Below, piece by piece: positions 25,242 to 38,149 of a DNA stretch of 59,411 nucleotides. Every line of letters begins with the position of its first letter. Position 1 is the stretch's first letter. Origin of the DNA: Malacoraja senta (taxonomy: Eukaryota); NCBI GenBank assembly GCA_038087875.1, contig JAXLNO010000189.1, positions 62,001 to 121,411 of the forward strand, written 5' to 3'. The position numbers and the translations under genes were made by a program. Below the pieces are notes generated by a model, which worked only from the letters and a program-made list of their open reading frames with translations, did not search any database and was not told the origin of the DNA.

Positions 25242-26372
25242 AGACAATAGACAACAGACAATAAGTGCAGGAGTAGGCCATTCAGCCCATCGAGCCAGCA
25301 CTGCCATTCAATGTGATCATGGCTGATCATCCCCAATCAGTACCCCGTTCCTGCTTCTCCCGATATCCCCTGATTCTGCTATTTTTAAGAGCCCTATCTA
25401 GCTCTCTCTTGAAAGCATCCAGAGAACCTGTCCCCACTGCCCTCTGAGGTAGAGAATTCCACAGACTCACCACTCTCTGAGAAAAAGTGTTTCCTCGTCT
25501 CCGTTCTAAATGGCTTACTCTTTATTCTTAAATTGTGGCCCCTGATTCTGGTCTCCCACAACATCGGGAACATGTTTCCTGCCTCCAGCGTGTCCAAACC
25601 TTTAACAATCTTATATGTTTCAATGAGATACCCTCTCATCCTTCTAAGCTCCAGAGTGTACAAGGCCAGATGCTCCATTCTCTCAGCATATGACAGTCCC
25701 GCCATCCCGGGAATTAACCTTGTAAACCTATGCTGCACTACCTCAATAGCAAGAATGTCCTTCCTCAAATTAGGGGACCAAAATTGCACACAATACTCCA
25801 GGTGTGGTCTCACTACAACTGTAGAAGGTCCTCTTTGCTCCTATATTCGATTTCTCTTGTTATAAAGGCCATCATGCCATTCGCTTTCTTCACTGCCTGC
25901 TGTACCTGCATGCTTACTTTCATAGACTGATGTATAAGGACCCCCAGATCCCGTTGTACTTCCCCTTTTCCCAACTTGATGCCATTTAGATAGTTATCTG
26001 CCTTCCTGCTTTTGCTACCAAACTGGATAACCTCACATTTATCCGCATTAAACTTCATCTGCCATGCATCTGCCCACTCCCCCAACCTGTCCAAGTCACC
26101 CTGCATTCTCATAGCATCCTCCTCACAGTTCACACTGCCACCCAGCATTGTGTCATCTGCAAATATGCTAATGTTACTTTGAATCCCTTCATCCAAATCA
26201 TTGATGTATATTGTAAATAGCTGCGGTCCCAGCACCGAGCCTTGCAGTACCCCACTAGTCACTGCCTGCCATTCTGAAAGGGACCCGTTAATCCCTACTC
26301 TTTGTTTCCTGTTTGCCAACCACTTCTCGATCCATGTCAGCACTCTACCCCCAATACCATGTGCCATAATTT
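25242..26372 (-). mobile_element. CR1 LINE, truncated, no TSD
   Basis: QGSVLGP, FADDT, HLEYCVQFWSP; (TATTGTC)n tail. Confidence 0.95.
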
Positions 26373-26375
26373 TTC

Positions 26376-26709
26376 ACCCCGGAGCTATTACCTTCGACTA
26401 CTTTCGACCACCTTCGACTACCTACGACTAGCGTCACGACCTACTATGACTGGCTACGACTAGACCTACGACTGAAAAGATATCTATTTTTCCCACGGCA
26501 ACCTCTTTTTAGTCGCAGCCGATTTTTAACATCTCGAAAAATACGACGTGACCTAGCTGAAGCCTCGACTACACAGAGACCTCTCTCAACCATGAAGGAG
26601 AGTGACGAAGACCTCCTACGATCTCGAGGCGACATTGCCGCGACTATGGGTCGCGGGCAAGGTCACCAGCGGTCTCGGTGGAGGTCGCCCAAGTGGGACA
26701 CGGGCTTTA
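26376..26709. mobile_element. Right half of a non-autonomous TIR element (PIF/Harbinger-like MITE)
   Basis: CpG-rich CGACTA/CGACCT internal repeats; terminus caagtgggacacgggct+tta; left TIR not found. Confidence 0.55.
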
Positions 26710-26792
26710 GGATGATACGGGTGGCTTTCCAGGGGGCGAGATAAAGGGGGAATATGAGATAAAGGGGGAATGATCCGGAAATAAATAGTATT

Positions 26793-27265
26793 ATGTCAGC
26801 GGAACGGGTCACCACTGAGGAGAGTTTAGAAAGAAACCCCCGAAGACAGTATGTGTGTAGGGGAATGCCTACTTCTGGTGTAAATGTTCCCCAGGCCACA
26901 GACAACCAAGTGCCAATGCAGCCGGGTCCAGCAGTAGCAAGAAGGTTACAGGTCCAAATAAAAGAGACCAGAACAAGTGTGGACAAAGAAGAAGACCTCA
27001 AGGCATGGATAGACCTCCCATTTACGGAACCATCCTTTCCTAGGTTTGGTTGGCGGGGCTGTACGACAATTCAGCCCGATCAATGCTTTAACTGTGGAGG
27101 ACTTGGGCACTGGAGTAGGTCTTGTCCCATGAGGGCGTATCCCCGAGAAGGAAGGGGACAAAGAAGGAGGCAGCGGGGTCAAGGAAACCGAGGTGCCAGT
27201 GACCCTGAAGGTAGAGGACAGGGACTGGCGGGGGAATCAGGGAATGAGGAGTGGATACACATTCG
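26793..27265 (+). pseudogene. ERV gag C-terminal/nucleocapsid remnant
   Basis: CCHC knuckle CFNCGGLGHWSRSCP followed by an R/G-rich stretch. Confidence 0.8.
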
Positions 27266-27269
27266 CGTA

Positions 27270-28078
27270 TCCACTTGTCATTTTCACATACACATTTTCA
27301 ATAAAATTCTTCACAAAACTTATGGTTTTTCTTTAAATCAGCAGCTGCTGACGTCACAATGCCCACATGCCGACCAATCCAGGCCCACCTGCCTCCAGTT
27401 TGCCTCCAAGTACGCTCGCGCCACGCCTCCCACAGCTCGACTCCCGCCCGCCCACCTGCCCGCTCACTCCAACACCCCCCACCCCCCCACCCCCCACCCC
27501 CACTTCACCTCTCTCCCCCATCCTCCCCTTCCTCTCCCCCTCCCCCCCTTCAACCCCACTCGCCCTCTCCCCCCAGACAGAGCAGAATGCCGGATGTGGC
27601 CAGAACCGCAGCCGCAGTTTTCCCGCTGCAATATTTAGTTTTCAGCTTCTGGCAACTGTGCCCGACCGACCTGCTTCAGGGGAGAAGAGATAAGGCGACA
27701 CAATAGGCGCAATGGTCCTTCCTATAGTGAACCCTACTGCTGCTCACAGTCTCTGATGGGGCCGCTTTCAGACTTAAACGTGAGCGGACCCCGCGTTTAA
27801 CCAGGGCTCTGGGAACTCGGCATCTGATGGGGACGAGGAGGCTTCCAGAGGGAAGGCAGGGACAACTTAGAATCCAGCAGCAGAGTGGCTCCGTTAATGG
27901 ATTCATTCCACTGTGAGTTCAGTTCGGTAACAACACCCTCTCTCTCCCCACCTCTCCCCGCTAGTTAGCATGTGCACAGGGGGGGGGGGTAGTTAGTGTG
28001 TGTGACGCCGCATGCTGCCCTCCCTCCCCGCAACCGCACGGTGGGGGAACAGACCCAACGGGTCTGCACTTGGTCTAG
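27270..28078 (+). mobile_element. Non-autonomous Helitron
   Basis: 3' hairpin cagaccc-aac-gggtctg (28050-28066), then CTAG (28075-28078) followed by T; candidate 5' A|TC at 27269/27270 (less certain). Confidence 0.75.
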
Positions 28079-28734
28079 TACCATCTAAAATTAAAAGGCG
28101 TCCTCTGCTTTAAGAGAAGTACTGTGACATCACCCCTTCCTAACTGGGAAAGACACTTCAACTGATTCTCAGAGAATTCTCACTGACGGAGGGAGAATGG
28201 CAAGTAACATAGTAGCTAGGTGGGAAAGATACTAACTGAAGAATGAAAGAGGCAATAGGGAGACAAAAAAAATAAACTTACTGCACAGGAGGAATGGGAC
28301 TGGGTAAAAGAGATATTGCACTAATGTATTGCTGAGTTTTGTGCCTGCAGGATAGTGGGTCAGCAAGAGACTGCCTGCGGAGTGAGGTAAAAAGAACACA
28401 GAGACCTCTAAGAACAGAAGGAAAACAACGGAAGGTAATGTAGCTTCCCGGGGAAAGGGTGACCAGCCGGAAAGAATTGACACTGTCCTCCCCCCTTAAA
28501 ACACTTTTGAAGGCCAGCAAGTAGAGCCTCAGCAATCCCCACTCCCTAGCAACAAACACCATAGTTAAAAGGAGAAAGAAAGGACCTACCCTAGTGCCTA
28601 ACTTCAGATCACCTGGCTGCTAGAACAATAAAAGGAAGGATACAAGAAAGGAGAATGAGAGACACTTCAAACATCTTCAAAGGAAATAACATCAATGCCT
28701 TGTAATGACTTTTGGGACAGACCTCACTCTGAAG

Positions 28735-29081
28735 GTACACAAAAATGCTGGAGAAACTCAGCGGGTGCAGCAGCATCTATGGAGCGAAGGAGATAGGCAA
28801 CGTTTCGGGCCCAAACCCTTCTTAAGACTGATAGGGGGTGGGGGGAGGCGGGGAGAAGAAAGGAAGGAAAAAGGAGAAGGAGCCCGAGGGCTGAGGTGGG
28901 AAGGGGAGGAGACAGCAAGAGTTAACAGAATTGTCGGAATATGAGGTGCTGTTCCTCCAATTTCCGATGTCGCTCACTCTGGCCGTGGAGGAGGCCCAGG
29001 ACAGTTTCACAACTCTCCTCCTCCATCCAGAGACAGTTTCACAACTCCTCCTCCATCCGGAGACAGTTTCACAACTCTCCT
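28735..29081 (-). mobile_element. Penelope-like fragment with 13-bp TSD and a triplicated 30-bp end
   Basis: TSD cctcactctgaag (28722-28734 / 29082-29094); hammerhead-like core at 28795-28830. Confidence 0.8.
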
Positions 29082-30724
29082 CCTCACTCTGAAGAATTGT
29101 TTTCGAAGAAAATATTTCTCTGTGGTTTGGGGCAGAACACCTGAATTACGTCTAAAATTAGGGGATTTAGAAATAAATTTATAAATATTGGATTCGGTCT
29201 CAAAATTGGGTGGCGATGAATTGGGGAGACTTTAAATATTTTAGATTTGGAATAGACTTGTGGAATCTGACTTAGGACTAATTGGAGTTTGATGATTAAT
29301 TGACATTGTTATTATCTCATCCACAGAAAGGCAGACAAAGATGGAAAAGATTGTTCCAAGGGCTCCAAGAAGGATGGAACTTGAAAAGATCTGGTAATAT
29401 GGAATTACTTAGGGAATATGAGAGTTTAATTAAAATTGGGAGTGAAAATTGGAATAAAATATGGGACAACATGAAAACTGGAATTGGAATATGATTAAAC
29501 ATGGTCAAAAGAGGAACTGTGAGCAACAGGACTTCCCTTTAGGAGACCGGATCAAGACATTATCCAGTAGTTGGGAATTATAAGAACAAGAACCCCACGA
29601 CAACGAAGCCAATAAAATAAAAGGACAACAAAGTCAATAGAATGCAAGTGAGAACGAAGCCAACTTAGTAAAAGTTAAAATAACATAGTAAAAACTGACA
29701 TAATAATAGTTGATAAAAGAAAGAACCAACATGGTGGAGAATTAGCATAGTAACTAATTATCATAGTAAAGAGCATATAAATAAGAGAAAATGAAAGACA
29801 GACTTGGTTAACTACAGGGGGGAAACTTGGATTGTATTGGGAATAGCCGAGCCGATGTGTATTCGCCCAATAGATTTGAATTGTTTAACCCTTGATGTTA
29901 AAGAGGCTTAATTTATCAAGATGAAAATAAATTGTCCCTGGATTTGGCATTTTTGATTGGATTTAGGATGAAATTAGTGTTATAAGAAATTTACTGTTTA
30001 AATTTGAACAGCTGGGAATTCCACAGAAATTGGAAGGGAATTGTATTATCGGCTACAATGCTGTGGAATGAAGAAGCAGAAATGGGCATTGAAATTCAAA
30101 GTGGTAAATTGAAGGCTGAGACTGAATTTGGTTGAATTGGAACATTTATCATGGTTTGCTTCAGATTAAAGTCATGCCTTTAGGGGATTCTGAACTGAAC
30201 CCAGCTGAAATTGATATGATTTCCTGTCACCAGGTATACATAGTAACATCGTGTGTTGAAGAAGGAGATTCCATGTCTATCCTAGAATAATAGAGTAGGT
30301 TAGGGAACAGATAGGAATATTATAGGTTCAATAGACAATAGAATAGGGTTAGGTTCAAGTGAAATGGGAATAGCGAGTGTGTGGGAAAGCATGAGTTCAT
30401 AATGGTAACTTGCTTTGTCCCAAGTTTCTTAGGGTTTTTCTAGGGTTTAGGTTCGACTGTGGAAGGTGATGGAAGACTGGGCAAGAACACAGATGGAGGC
30501 AATTTGCGCCCACGAAAACTCAGGAGGTGATGATTCCTCAGACAGGACTTGTGAAGTCATCCACATGCAAACTCGGGACGCTTTACAAGATTCTGAGAAG
30601 AAACAACATAATCTTGTGTTACTGATGGATGCGAAATGTAAAGCTTATGTATATCTGGTTAGCTGATTACTAAGCCACTTAGTTTTCATTCATGATGGGT
30701 TATCATAATGATAAAAGGAAGGAA

Positions 30725-31493
30725 TGTTAATCGTGGCTAAATTTGACCATTCAGGACTTCAAAATGGGGTTAAGTTCCAGGGCTTGCTGGGAGATTTGGT
30801 CAAATTGGAATTGCTCTCTGCAGAGCTGTGACAGGCTGTGAGATGTGCCAGAGGGTCTGGAACTTAGATAGAATTTGCAAACAAAGAACAGGAAGCCTTG
30901 CAAACCTTGTTAATCTGGTACTAAATGCATAGAATGGATTGGGTGGCTGCAAACCTGACATACACTTTGTAAATAGCTTGTAAATAATGTTGCAGAATCT
31001 GACTGCTGAATGTTTATTGGATGGGGTGTTAAGCCTTGTCTGAGAGTTCTGTTAATCAGGGTAAATGTTTCCAAGTTGACTTCAACTCGAAGTCCATTGT
31101 GAATACAATGTATTGAACTGTTGTATCATTGGGATAGGGAAATGTCTGATATGTATGGGGTTAATCTATATTTGTAATTGGGTAATTAAGAGACAACCCC
31201 CATGTGGTTCGGCCCTCGGGTTCGTGGGGCATATAAAAGGTCGTGATCACGAGGCTTTGGGTTGATCTTCTGGAAGCGCGCTCAGCACCGCGTACCCTTC
31301 TGGAGTGCATCTGTCTGCGCGAGGCCTAGAGGTCTTGAAAAGATAGACGCAGGGATCAAACCCGCGGTGGGATAGGTACAGTGTGTGATCTGTGACGCGC
31401 TTTTGGTAAAATAAAATTTAGTTGATTCAAGTGCTTGAATCTGTATTTTTACTGAAACTAGACTGGGGGAAGCTTAGAAACGAGCAATTATCA
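30725..31493 (+). repeat. ERV 3' LTR (769 bp)
   Basis: TGTTAAT...ATTATCA, preceded by PPT, followed by TSD. Confidence 0.95.
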
Positions 31494-31519
31494 ATTACCT
31501 TTTTATTATTTCAAATATA

Positions 31520-32562
31520 AATGGCAGGCAGTGACTAGTGGGGTACCGCAAGGCTCAGTGCTGGGACCCCAGCAATTTACAATATATATTAATGACCTGG
31601 ATGAGGGAATTGAATGCAACATCTCCAAGTTTGCGGATGACACGAAGCTGGGGGGCAGTATTAGCTGTGAGGAGGATGCTAGGAGGCTGCAAGGTGACTT
31701 GGATATGTTGGGTGAGTGGGCAAATGCATGGCAGATGCAGTATAATGTGGATAAATGTAAGGTTATCCACTTTGGTGGCAAAAACAGGAAAGTAGACAAT
31801 TATCTGAATGGTGACCGATTAGGAAAAGGGGAGATGCAACGAGACCTGGGTGTCATGGTACACCAGTCATTGAAAGTAGGCATGCAGGTGCAGCAGGCAG
31901 TGAAGAAAGCGAATGGTATGTTAGCATTCATAGCAAAAGGATTTGAGTATAAGAGCAGGGAGGTTCTACTGCAGTTGTGCAGGGTCTTGGTGAGACCACA
32001 CCTGGAGTATTGCGTACAGTTTTGGTCTCCTAATCTGAGGAAAGACATTCTTGCCATAGAGGGAGTACAGAGAAGGTTCACCAGACTGATTCCTGGGATG
32101 GCAGGACTTTCATATGAAGAAAGACTGGATAGACTCGGCTTGTACTCGCTATAATTTAGAAGATTGAGGGGGGATCTTCTAGAAACGTACAAAATTCTTA
32201 AGGGGTTGGACAGGCTAGATGCAGGAAGATTATTCCCGATGTTGGGGAAGTCCAGAACAAGGGGTCACAGTTTAAGGATAAGGGGGAAGTCTTTTAGGAC
32301 CGAGATGAGAAAATCATTTTTTACACAGATAGTGGTGAATCTGTGGAATTCTCTGCCACAGAAGGTAGTTGAGGCCAGTTCATGGGCTTTATTTAGGAGG
32401 GAGTTAGATGTGGCCCTTGTGGCTAAAGGGATCAGGGGGTTTGGAGAGAAGGCAGGTACAGGATACTGAGTTGGATGATCAGCCATGATCATATAGAATG
32501 GCGGTGCAGGCTCGAAGGGACGAATGGCCTACTCCTGCACCTATTTTCTATGTTTCTATGTG
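31520..32562 (+). mobile_element. CR1 LINE, 5'-truncated
   Basis: [22 protein letters not shown]; (TTTCTATG)n tail. Confidence 0.95.
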
Positions 32563-32865
32563 TGATTCTTTGCTACTAAACTATTTGATACTGAATTAGA
32601 ATTTAGAATCCCACAATAAGCGTATTGATTGCCCATTTTCTTCCAAAGATGATGCCTGATCCTTTGAGCTCCTCCAGTCGCTCTCCTTTATTTTGTTCTT
32701 TGAAATGTTGACCGAAAGTAAAGTAGCCCCTGGTGGGATGTATCCTAGGATTCTGACAGAACTACAGGAGGAAATCATGGTCCTTGGTGATGGACTGACC
32801 ATTATCCTTTAGAGACTCTGCAGTAATGAATGTTACTCTCTCTCTCTCTCTTAAACAAAAACCAT

Positions 32866-35800
32866 AGTGGGGGGGAGGGATTGACAAATTGGAAGTATAA
32901 AGATAGAGTTAAAGGGAAAGCGAGTACAGAAAAAGTTACAAAAGACTCCCGAATTAATGGGAAGGAAAGTTCGAGAAGGGATAAGAGTAAGATCAGGGTC
33001 AATAGTGACCGGCGTGAGAGGGGAGGTGAATACCAAAGTCAAAGTGTTGTGTATGAATTCGAGGAGTATAAGCAATAAAGTGGCTGAGTTTGAGGCTCAG
33101 TTAGAAATTGGCAAGTATGATGTTGTGGGAATTACAGAGAGATGGCTGCAAGAGGACCAGGGCTTGGAACTGTATAATCAAGGGTATACGGCCTATTAAA
33201 AAGACAGGCAGGTGGGCAGAGGGGATGGGGTAGCTCTGTTGGTTAGGAATTAAATTCAGTCCCTTATGAGAGGTGACATAGAATCAGGAAATGTAGAGTC
33301 AGTATGAATAGAACTGAGGAATTGTAAGGATAAAAAGACCCAAATGTGAGTTATCTACAGGCCCCCAAACAGCAGCCTGGATAGAGGGTGCAAATTGAAT
33401 CAAGAGTTAAAATTGGCATGTAGCAAAAGTAATACTACGTTTGTTATGGGGGATTTCAACATGCAGGTAGACTGGGAAAATCAGGTTGGTACTCGACCCC
33501 AAGAAAGGGACTTTGTGGAGTTCCTCTGTGATGGATTCTTAGAGCAGCTTGTATTGGAGCCTACCAGGGAGAAGGCAATCTAGATTTAATGTTGTGTAAT
33601 TAACCGGATTTGATAAGGGAACTTGAGGTTAAGGTGCCACTAGGAGGTAGTGACCATAATATTATATGTTTTAATCTACAATTTGAGAGGGAGAAGGGTA
33701 AATCGGAGGTGTCAGTATTACAGTTGAACAAAGGGGACTATGGAGCCATGAGGGAGGAGCTGGCAAAAGTCGACTGGAAAGATACCCTAGCAGGGATGAC
33801 AGAGGAACAACAATGGCAGGTATTTCTGGGAATAATACAGATGGTGCAGGATCAGTTCATTCCAAAGAGGAAGAAAGATTCCAACGGGAGTAAGGGGCGA
33901 CCATGGCTTACAAGGGACGTCAAGGACAGTATAAAAATAAAAGAGAAGAAGTACAACATAGCAAAGATGAGTGGGAAGCCAGAGGATTGCGTAACATTTA
34001 AAGAGCAACAGAAGATAACTAAAAAGGCAATATGGGGAGAAAAGATGAAGTACGAAGATAAGCTAGCCAAGAATATAAAGGATGATAGTAAAAGCTTCTT
34101 TAGGTATGTGAAGATGAAAAAATTAGTTAAGACCAAAGTTTATTATGGGGAACAAAGAAATGGCAGATGCATTGAACAGGTACTTTGGATCCGTCTTCAC
34201 TAAGGAGGACACAAACAATCTTCCTGATGTACAAGTGGCCAGAGGATCTGGGGTGATGTAGGAACGGAAGGAAAGCCACATTAGGCAGGAAATGGTGTTG
34301 GGTAAACTGATGGGACTGAAGGTTGATAAATCCCCAGGGCCTGATGGTCTGCATTCCAGGGTACTTATGGAAGTGGCTTTAGAAATTATGGATGCATTGG
34401 TGATCATTTTCTAATGTTCTATAGATTCAGGATAATTTCCTGTGGATTGGAGGATAGCTAATGTTATCCCACTTTTTAAGAAAGGAGGAAGAGAGAAAAC
34501 AGGGAATTATAGACCAGTTAGCCTGACATCGGTGGTGGGGAAGATGCTGGAGTCAATCGTAAAAGATGAGATAACAGCACATTTGGATAGCAGTAGCAGG
34601 ATCGGTCCGAGTCAGCATGGATTTACGAAGAGGAAATCATGCTTGAGTAAACTTTTGGAATTTTTTGAGGATGTAACTAGGAAAATGGACAAGGGAGAGC
34701 CAGTGGATGTAGTGTACCTAGACTTTCAGAAAGCATTTGATATGGTCCCACATTGGAGATTAGTGGATAAAATTAGGGCACGTGGTATTGGGATAGTGCT
34801 GACTTGGATAGAAAATTCGTTGGCTGACAGAAAACAAAGAGTAGGGATTAATGGGTTCTTTTCAGAATGGCAGGCAGTGACTAGTGGGGTACCGCAAGGC
34901 TCAGTGCTGGGACCACAGCTATTTACAATACATATTAATGATTTTGATGAAGGGATTCAATAAGTAACATTAGCAAATTTGCAGATGATACAAAGCTGGG
35001 TGGCAGAGTGAACTGTGAGGAGGATGCTATGAGAATGCAGGGTGACTTGGACAGGTTGGGGAAGTGGGCAGATGCATGGCAGATGAAGTTTAATGTGGAT
35101 AAATGTGAGGTTATCCACTTTGGTAGCAAAAACAGGAAGGCAGATTATTATCTAAATGGTGTCAAGTTGGGAAAAGGGGAAGTACCATGCAATGTGGGGG
35201 TCCTTGTTCATCAGTCAATTAAAGTAAGCATGCAGGTACAGCAGGCAGTGGAGAAAGTGAATGGCATGTTGGCCTTTATAACAAGAAGAGTTGAGTATAG
35301 GAGCAAAGAGGTTCTTCTGCAGTTGTACAGGGCCCTAGTGAGACCACACCTGGAGTATTGTGTGCAGTTTTGGTCTCCAAACTTGAGGAAGGACATTCTT
35401 GCTATTGAGGGAGTGCAATGTAGGTTCACAAGGTTAATTCCCGGGATAGCGGGACTGTCATATGCTGAGAGAATGGAGCAGCTGGGCTTGTACACTCTGT
35501 AATTTAGAAGGATGAGAGGTTATCTTATTGAAACATATAAGATTATTGAGCGTTTGGACATGCTAGGGGCAAAAAAACATGTTCCCGATGTTGGGGGAAT
35601 CCAGAACCAGGGGCCACAGTTTAAGAATAAGGGCTAAGCTATTTAGAACGGAGATGAGGAAACACTTTTTCCACACACAGAGTTGTGAGTCTGTGGAATT
35701 CTCTGCCTCAGAGGGTGGTGGAGGCCAGTTCTCTGGATACTTTCAAGAGAGAGCTAGATATGGCTCTTAAAGATAGTGGAGTCAGGGGATATGGGGAGAA

Positions 35801-35910
35801 GGCAGGAACTGGGTAGTGATCGTGGATGATCAGCCATGATCACATTGAATGGCGGTGCTGGCTCGAAGGGCCGAATGGCCTACTCCTGCACCAATTGTCG
35901 ATTGTCTATC
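32866..35910 (+). mobile_element. CR1 LINE with nearly complete but disrupted ORF2 (APE + RT)
   Basis: [41 protein letters not shown]; ctattgt-type tail. Confidence 0.95.
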
Positions 35911-37170
35911 GGGATAAGACCAGTAACTTAGCCTTAGTGTAGGGTAAACTCATAAACATTGATCAGAGACAAGATAAATGATCACCTAGAGAATATGAAT
36001 TAATGAAGGTAAGCAACTTTGGATTTATTGGTCTAGTCAAATTTAAGCAACCTGATAACATTTTTTTATGAACTAACTGATAAAGTTGAGAAGGGTAATG
36101 CAGTTGATGATAACTTAAATGTATCTCCAGAGGATTTTGATAAGGAGCTTCCTAATTGGCTTATCAAGAAAACTGAAGGACATGGTACAAAAGGGACACT
36201 TATAACATGGATACAAAGTTAATAACAGACAACAGAAATTGCAATAAATGGTTGTGTTTCAAATGATTGGAATTGTATATTGCATTTTTTAATCTATATT
36301 ATGACCTAGACATGGGAGTGCAAACCACCATTTCTAAATTTGTGAATGATATAAAAATGAACAATGTTGTGAATTGCGTGGCAGATGAAAATTAGTGTGG
36401 AGAAATATGAGACGATTAACTTTGGTGGAAAGAATGCGGAAAAGTAATATAGAATAATTAGCATCGTTCTAAAAGCAGGAGCGGAGGGACCCGAGGTTTG
36501 GTACTTTGAAAATGGCAGGTCAGGTTGACTAAGGGGTTAATAGAATGTGCATAATTTGTGCTTCGTCATTAGTGGCAAAGAGATAAAAGAAGGAAACTCA
36601 TCCTGATCCTTTATAAAACACTGGTCTGGCCTCAACTGAATACTGTGCACAGTTCTGATCACCACATTATAGTAACGGTACTAAGAAATTAGAGAAGCAT
36701 CAGAAAAACATCTTTATGAAAGGTTTGTGGGATGAGGGACTACGATTACAATAATGGATGCAAGAGGATGGGACTGTTTTCTTTAAGGGAGAAAAGGGCG
36801 AGGCAAGATTTGATAGCAGTATATTCAATGATGGGGGGAGGGGTCTGGACAGAATGGAAAGTGACAGGCTGTATCCGTTGGTGGAGAGAGGAGGACTAAA
36901 GGTCACAAGTACAAAATAAGTAGAAAATAAATAAACGCAACACGAGTAAAAACTTTTTACATGGTATGTGGTTGGAATCTGAAACACAGTTCTCGGATGT
37001 GGTGGAGGCAGGCTCCCTAGTCAAGGGAAAATGTAATACATATATATAATGAGAAAAATTTGCAAAGCTGCCGAGACCGAGCCAGGGAGTGTAGCCAGTG
37101 AGTAGCTCTGGTAGGTGGCATTGGTACAAATAGGCCAAGTTGCCTCTCTCTGTGCTTCTTTGATTCCATA
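35911..37170 (+). mobile_element. Old, highly decayed CR1
   Basis: Residual similarity to CR1 RT/3' region (accagtaacttagcc, tactgtgcacagttctg, ggttggaatct). Confidence 0.65.
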
Positions 37171-37199
37171 AGATTAGTACATTTCCAGATGCAAGTGAA

Positions 37200-38015
37200 T
37201 AACATGAGTGAAGTTGGAGGAACTTAATGATTCTGGCAGCATTCGTGAAGAGAACAGACAGATTACATTTTGGGATGGGTCCCTTCTTCTGGCTGATGGA
37301 GTAGGGAGGAGAAAGTTGGGACAAAGTCTGGCAAGTGATAAGTCTGAAGAAGAGACTTGACCAGAATCGTCACTTATCCACATTTTCCAGAGGTGCTGCC
37401 TGACCCCCTGAGTTACAACAGCACTGGGTGTCCTTTTCAGGGAAATGATAGGTGGATATTGTGAGAGGGGAAATGAGGGTTGGGGGTGTTACTTATAATT
37501 GAAAAAATATATTGTTCATACCATTGGATTGTAGGCTACTCAAGCGGAATATGGGATGCCTACGGTGGCCTCGCTGGCAGTGGAGGAGTCCAAGGACAGA
37601 TAAGTCGGCATGGAAATGGGAAAGGGAGCTATAATGGTGAGATCTAGCAGGTCCTGGTGGATAGAGTGCAAGTGTCTGGCAAAATGAAGATAGATACAAA
37701 ATGCTGGAGTCATTCAGTGGATCAGACAGCATCCCAAGAAAAGGAATTGGTGACGTTTTGTGTCAAGACCCTTCCGGGGTCAGGGGAAAGGGAAACTAGA
37801 GGTATGAAAAGAAACAGAAAAGATCGGAGTCAGCAGCGATAACCAAAGAGCCCACAATGGTCCATTGTCAGCTGTGGAGGAGGTGATAATGAGGGGTTAC
37901 AAACAGTAAAACTAGCAGGAGGCTTAAGGTGGGGGAAGAACAGAGAGAGAGTGTCTTCACTGCAAAATCCTGTCTGGCAAAACAATCGCTTAGTCTATAC
38001 TTGGTCTCACCAATG
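37200..38015 (-). mobile_element. Cluster of Penelope-like remnants incl. GIY-YIG endonuclease fragments
   Basis: CIGETKYRLSDCF (YIGET.RRL motif), HPIFRLSSLQSNGMN; terminal repeats in both orientations. Confidence 0.75.
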
Positions 38016-38149
38016 CAGAGGTGAAAAATCTCAGTGCCATTTTTCAGCACTATTCCAATCTCTTTTATTATCTAGCATCTACTTCCGGCACCCTTCATCC
38101 CTTTCTGGATCTCTCTGTCTCCATCACAGTTTTCCCTCTCAACCCAATC

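Larger units (their letters stand above)
20176..31493 (+). mobile_element. Endogenous retrovirus (class I, gamma/epsilon-like), deleted non-autonomous provirus with nested insertions
   Basis: Two TG...CA LTRs, TSD atta (20172-20175 / 31494-31497), tRNA-Pro PBS, PPT aaaaggaaggaa before 30725, gag remnants. Confidence 0.92.

Noticed and set aside
26793..27706. 281-aa zinc-knuckle + Pro-rich ORF (and overlapping Pro-rich ORFs) as a novel protein
   Set aside because: Chance read-through from the gag nucleocapsid remnant into the C-rich Helitron; low complexity in all frames.
28998..29085. 30-nt repeats as a CRISPR-like array
   Set aside because: Contiguous tandem units without spacers, in a eukaryotic TE junction.
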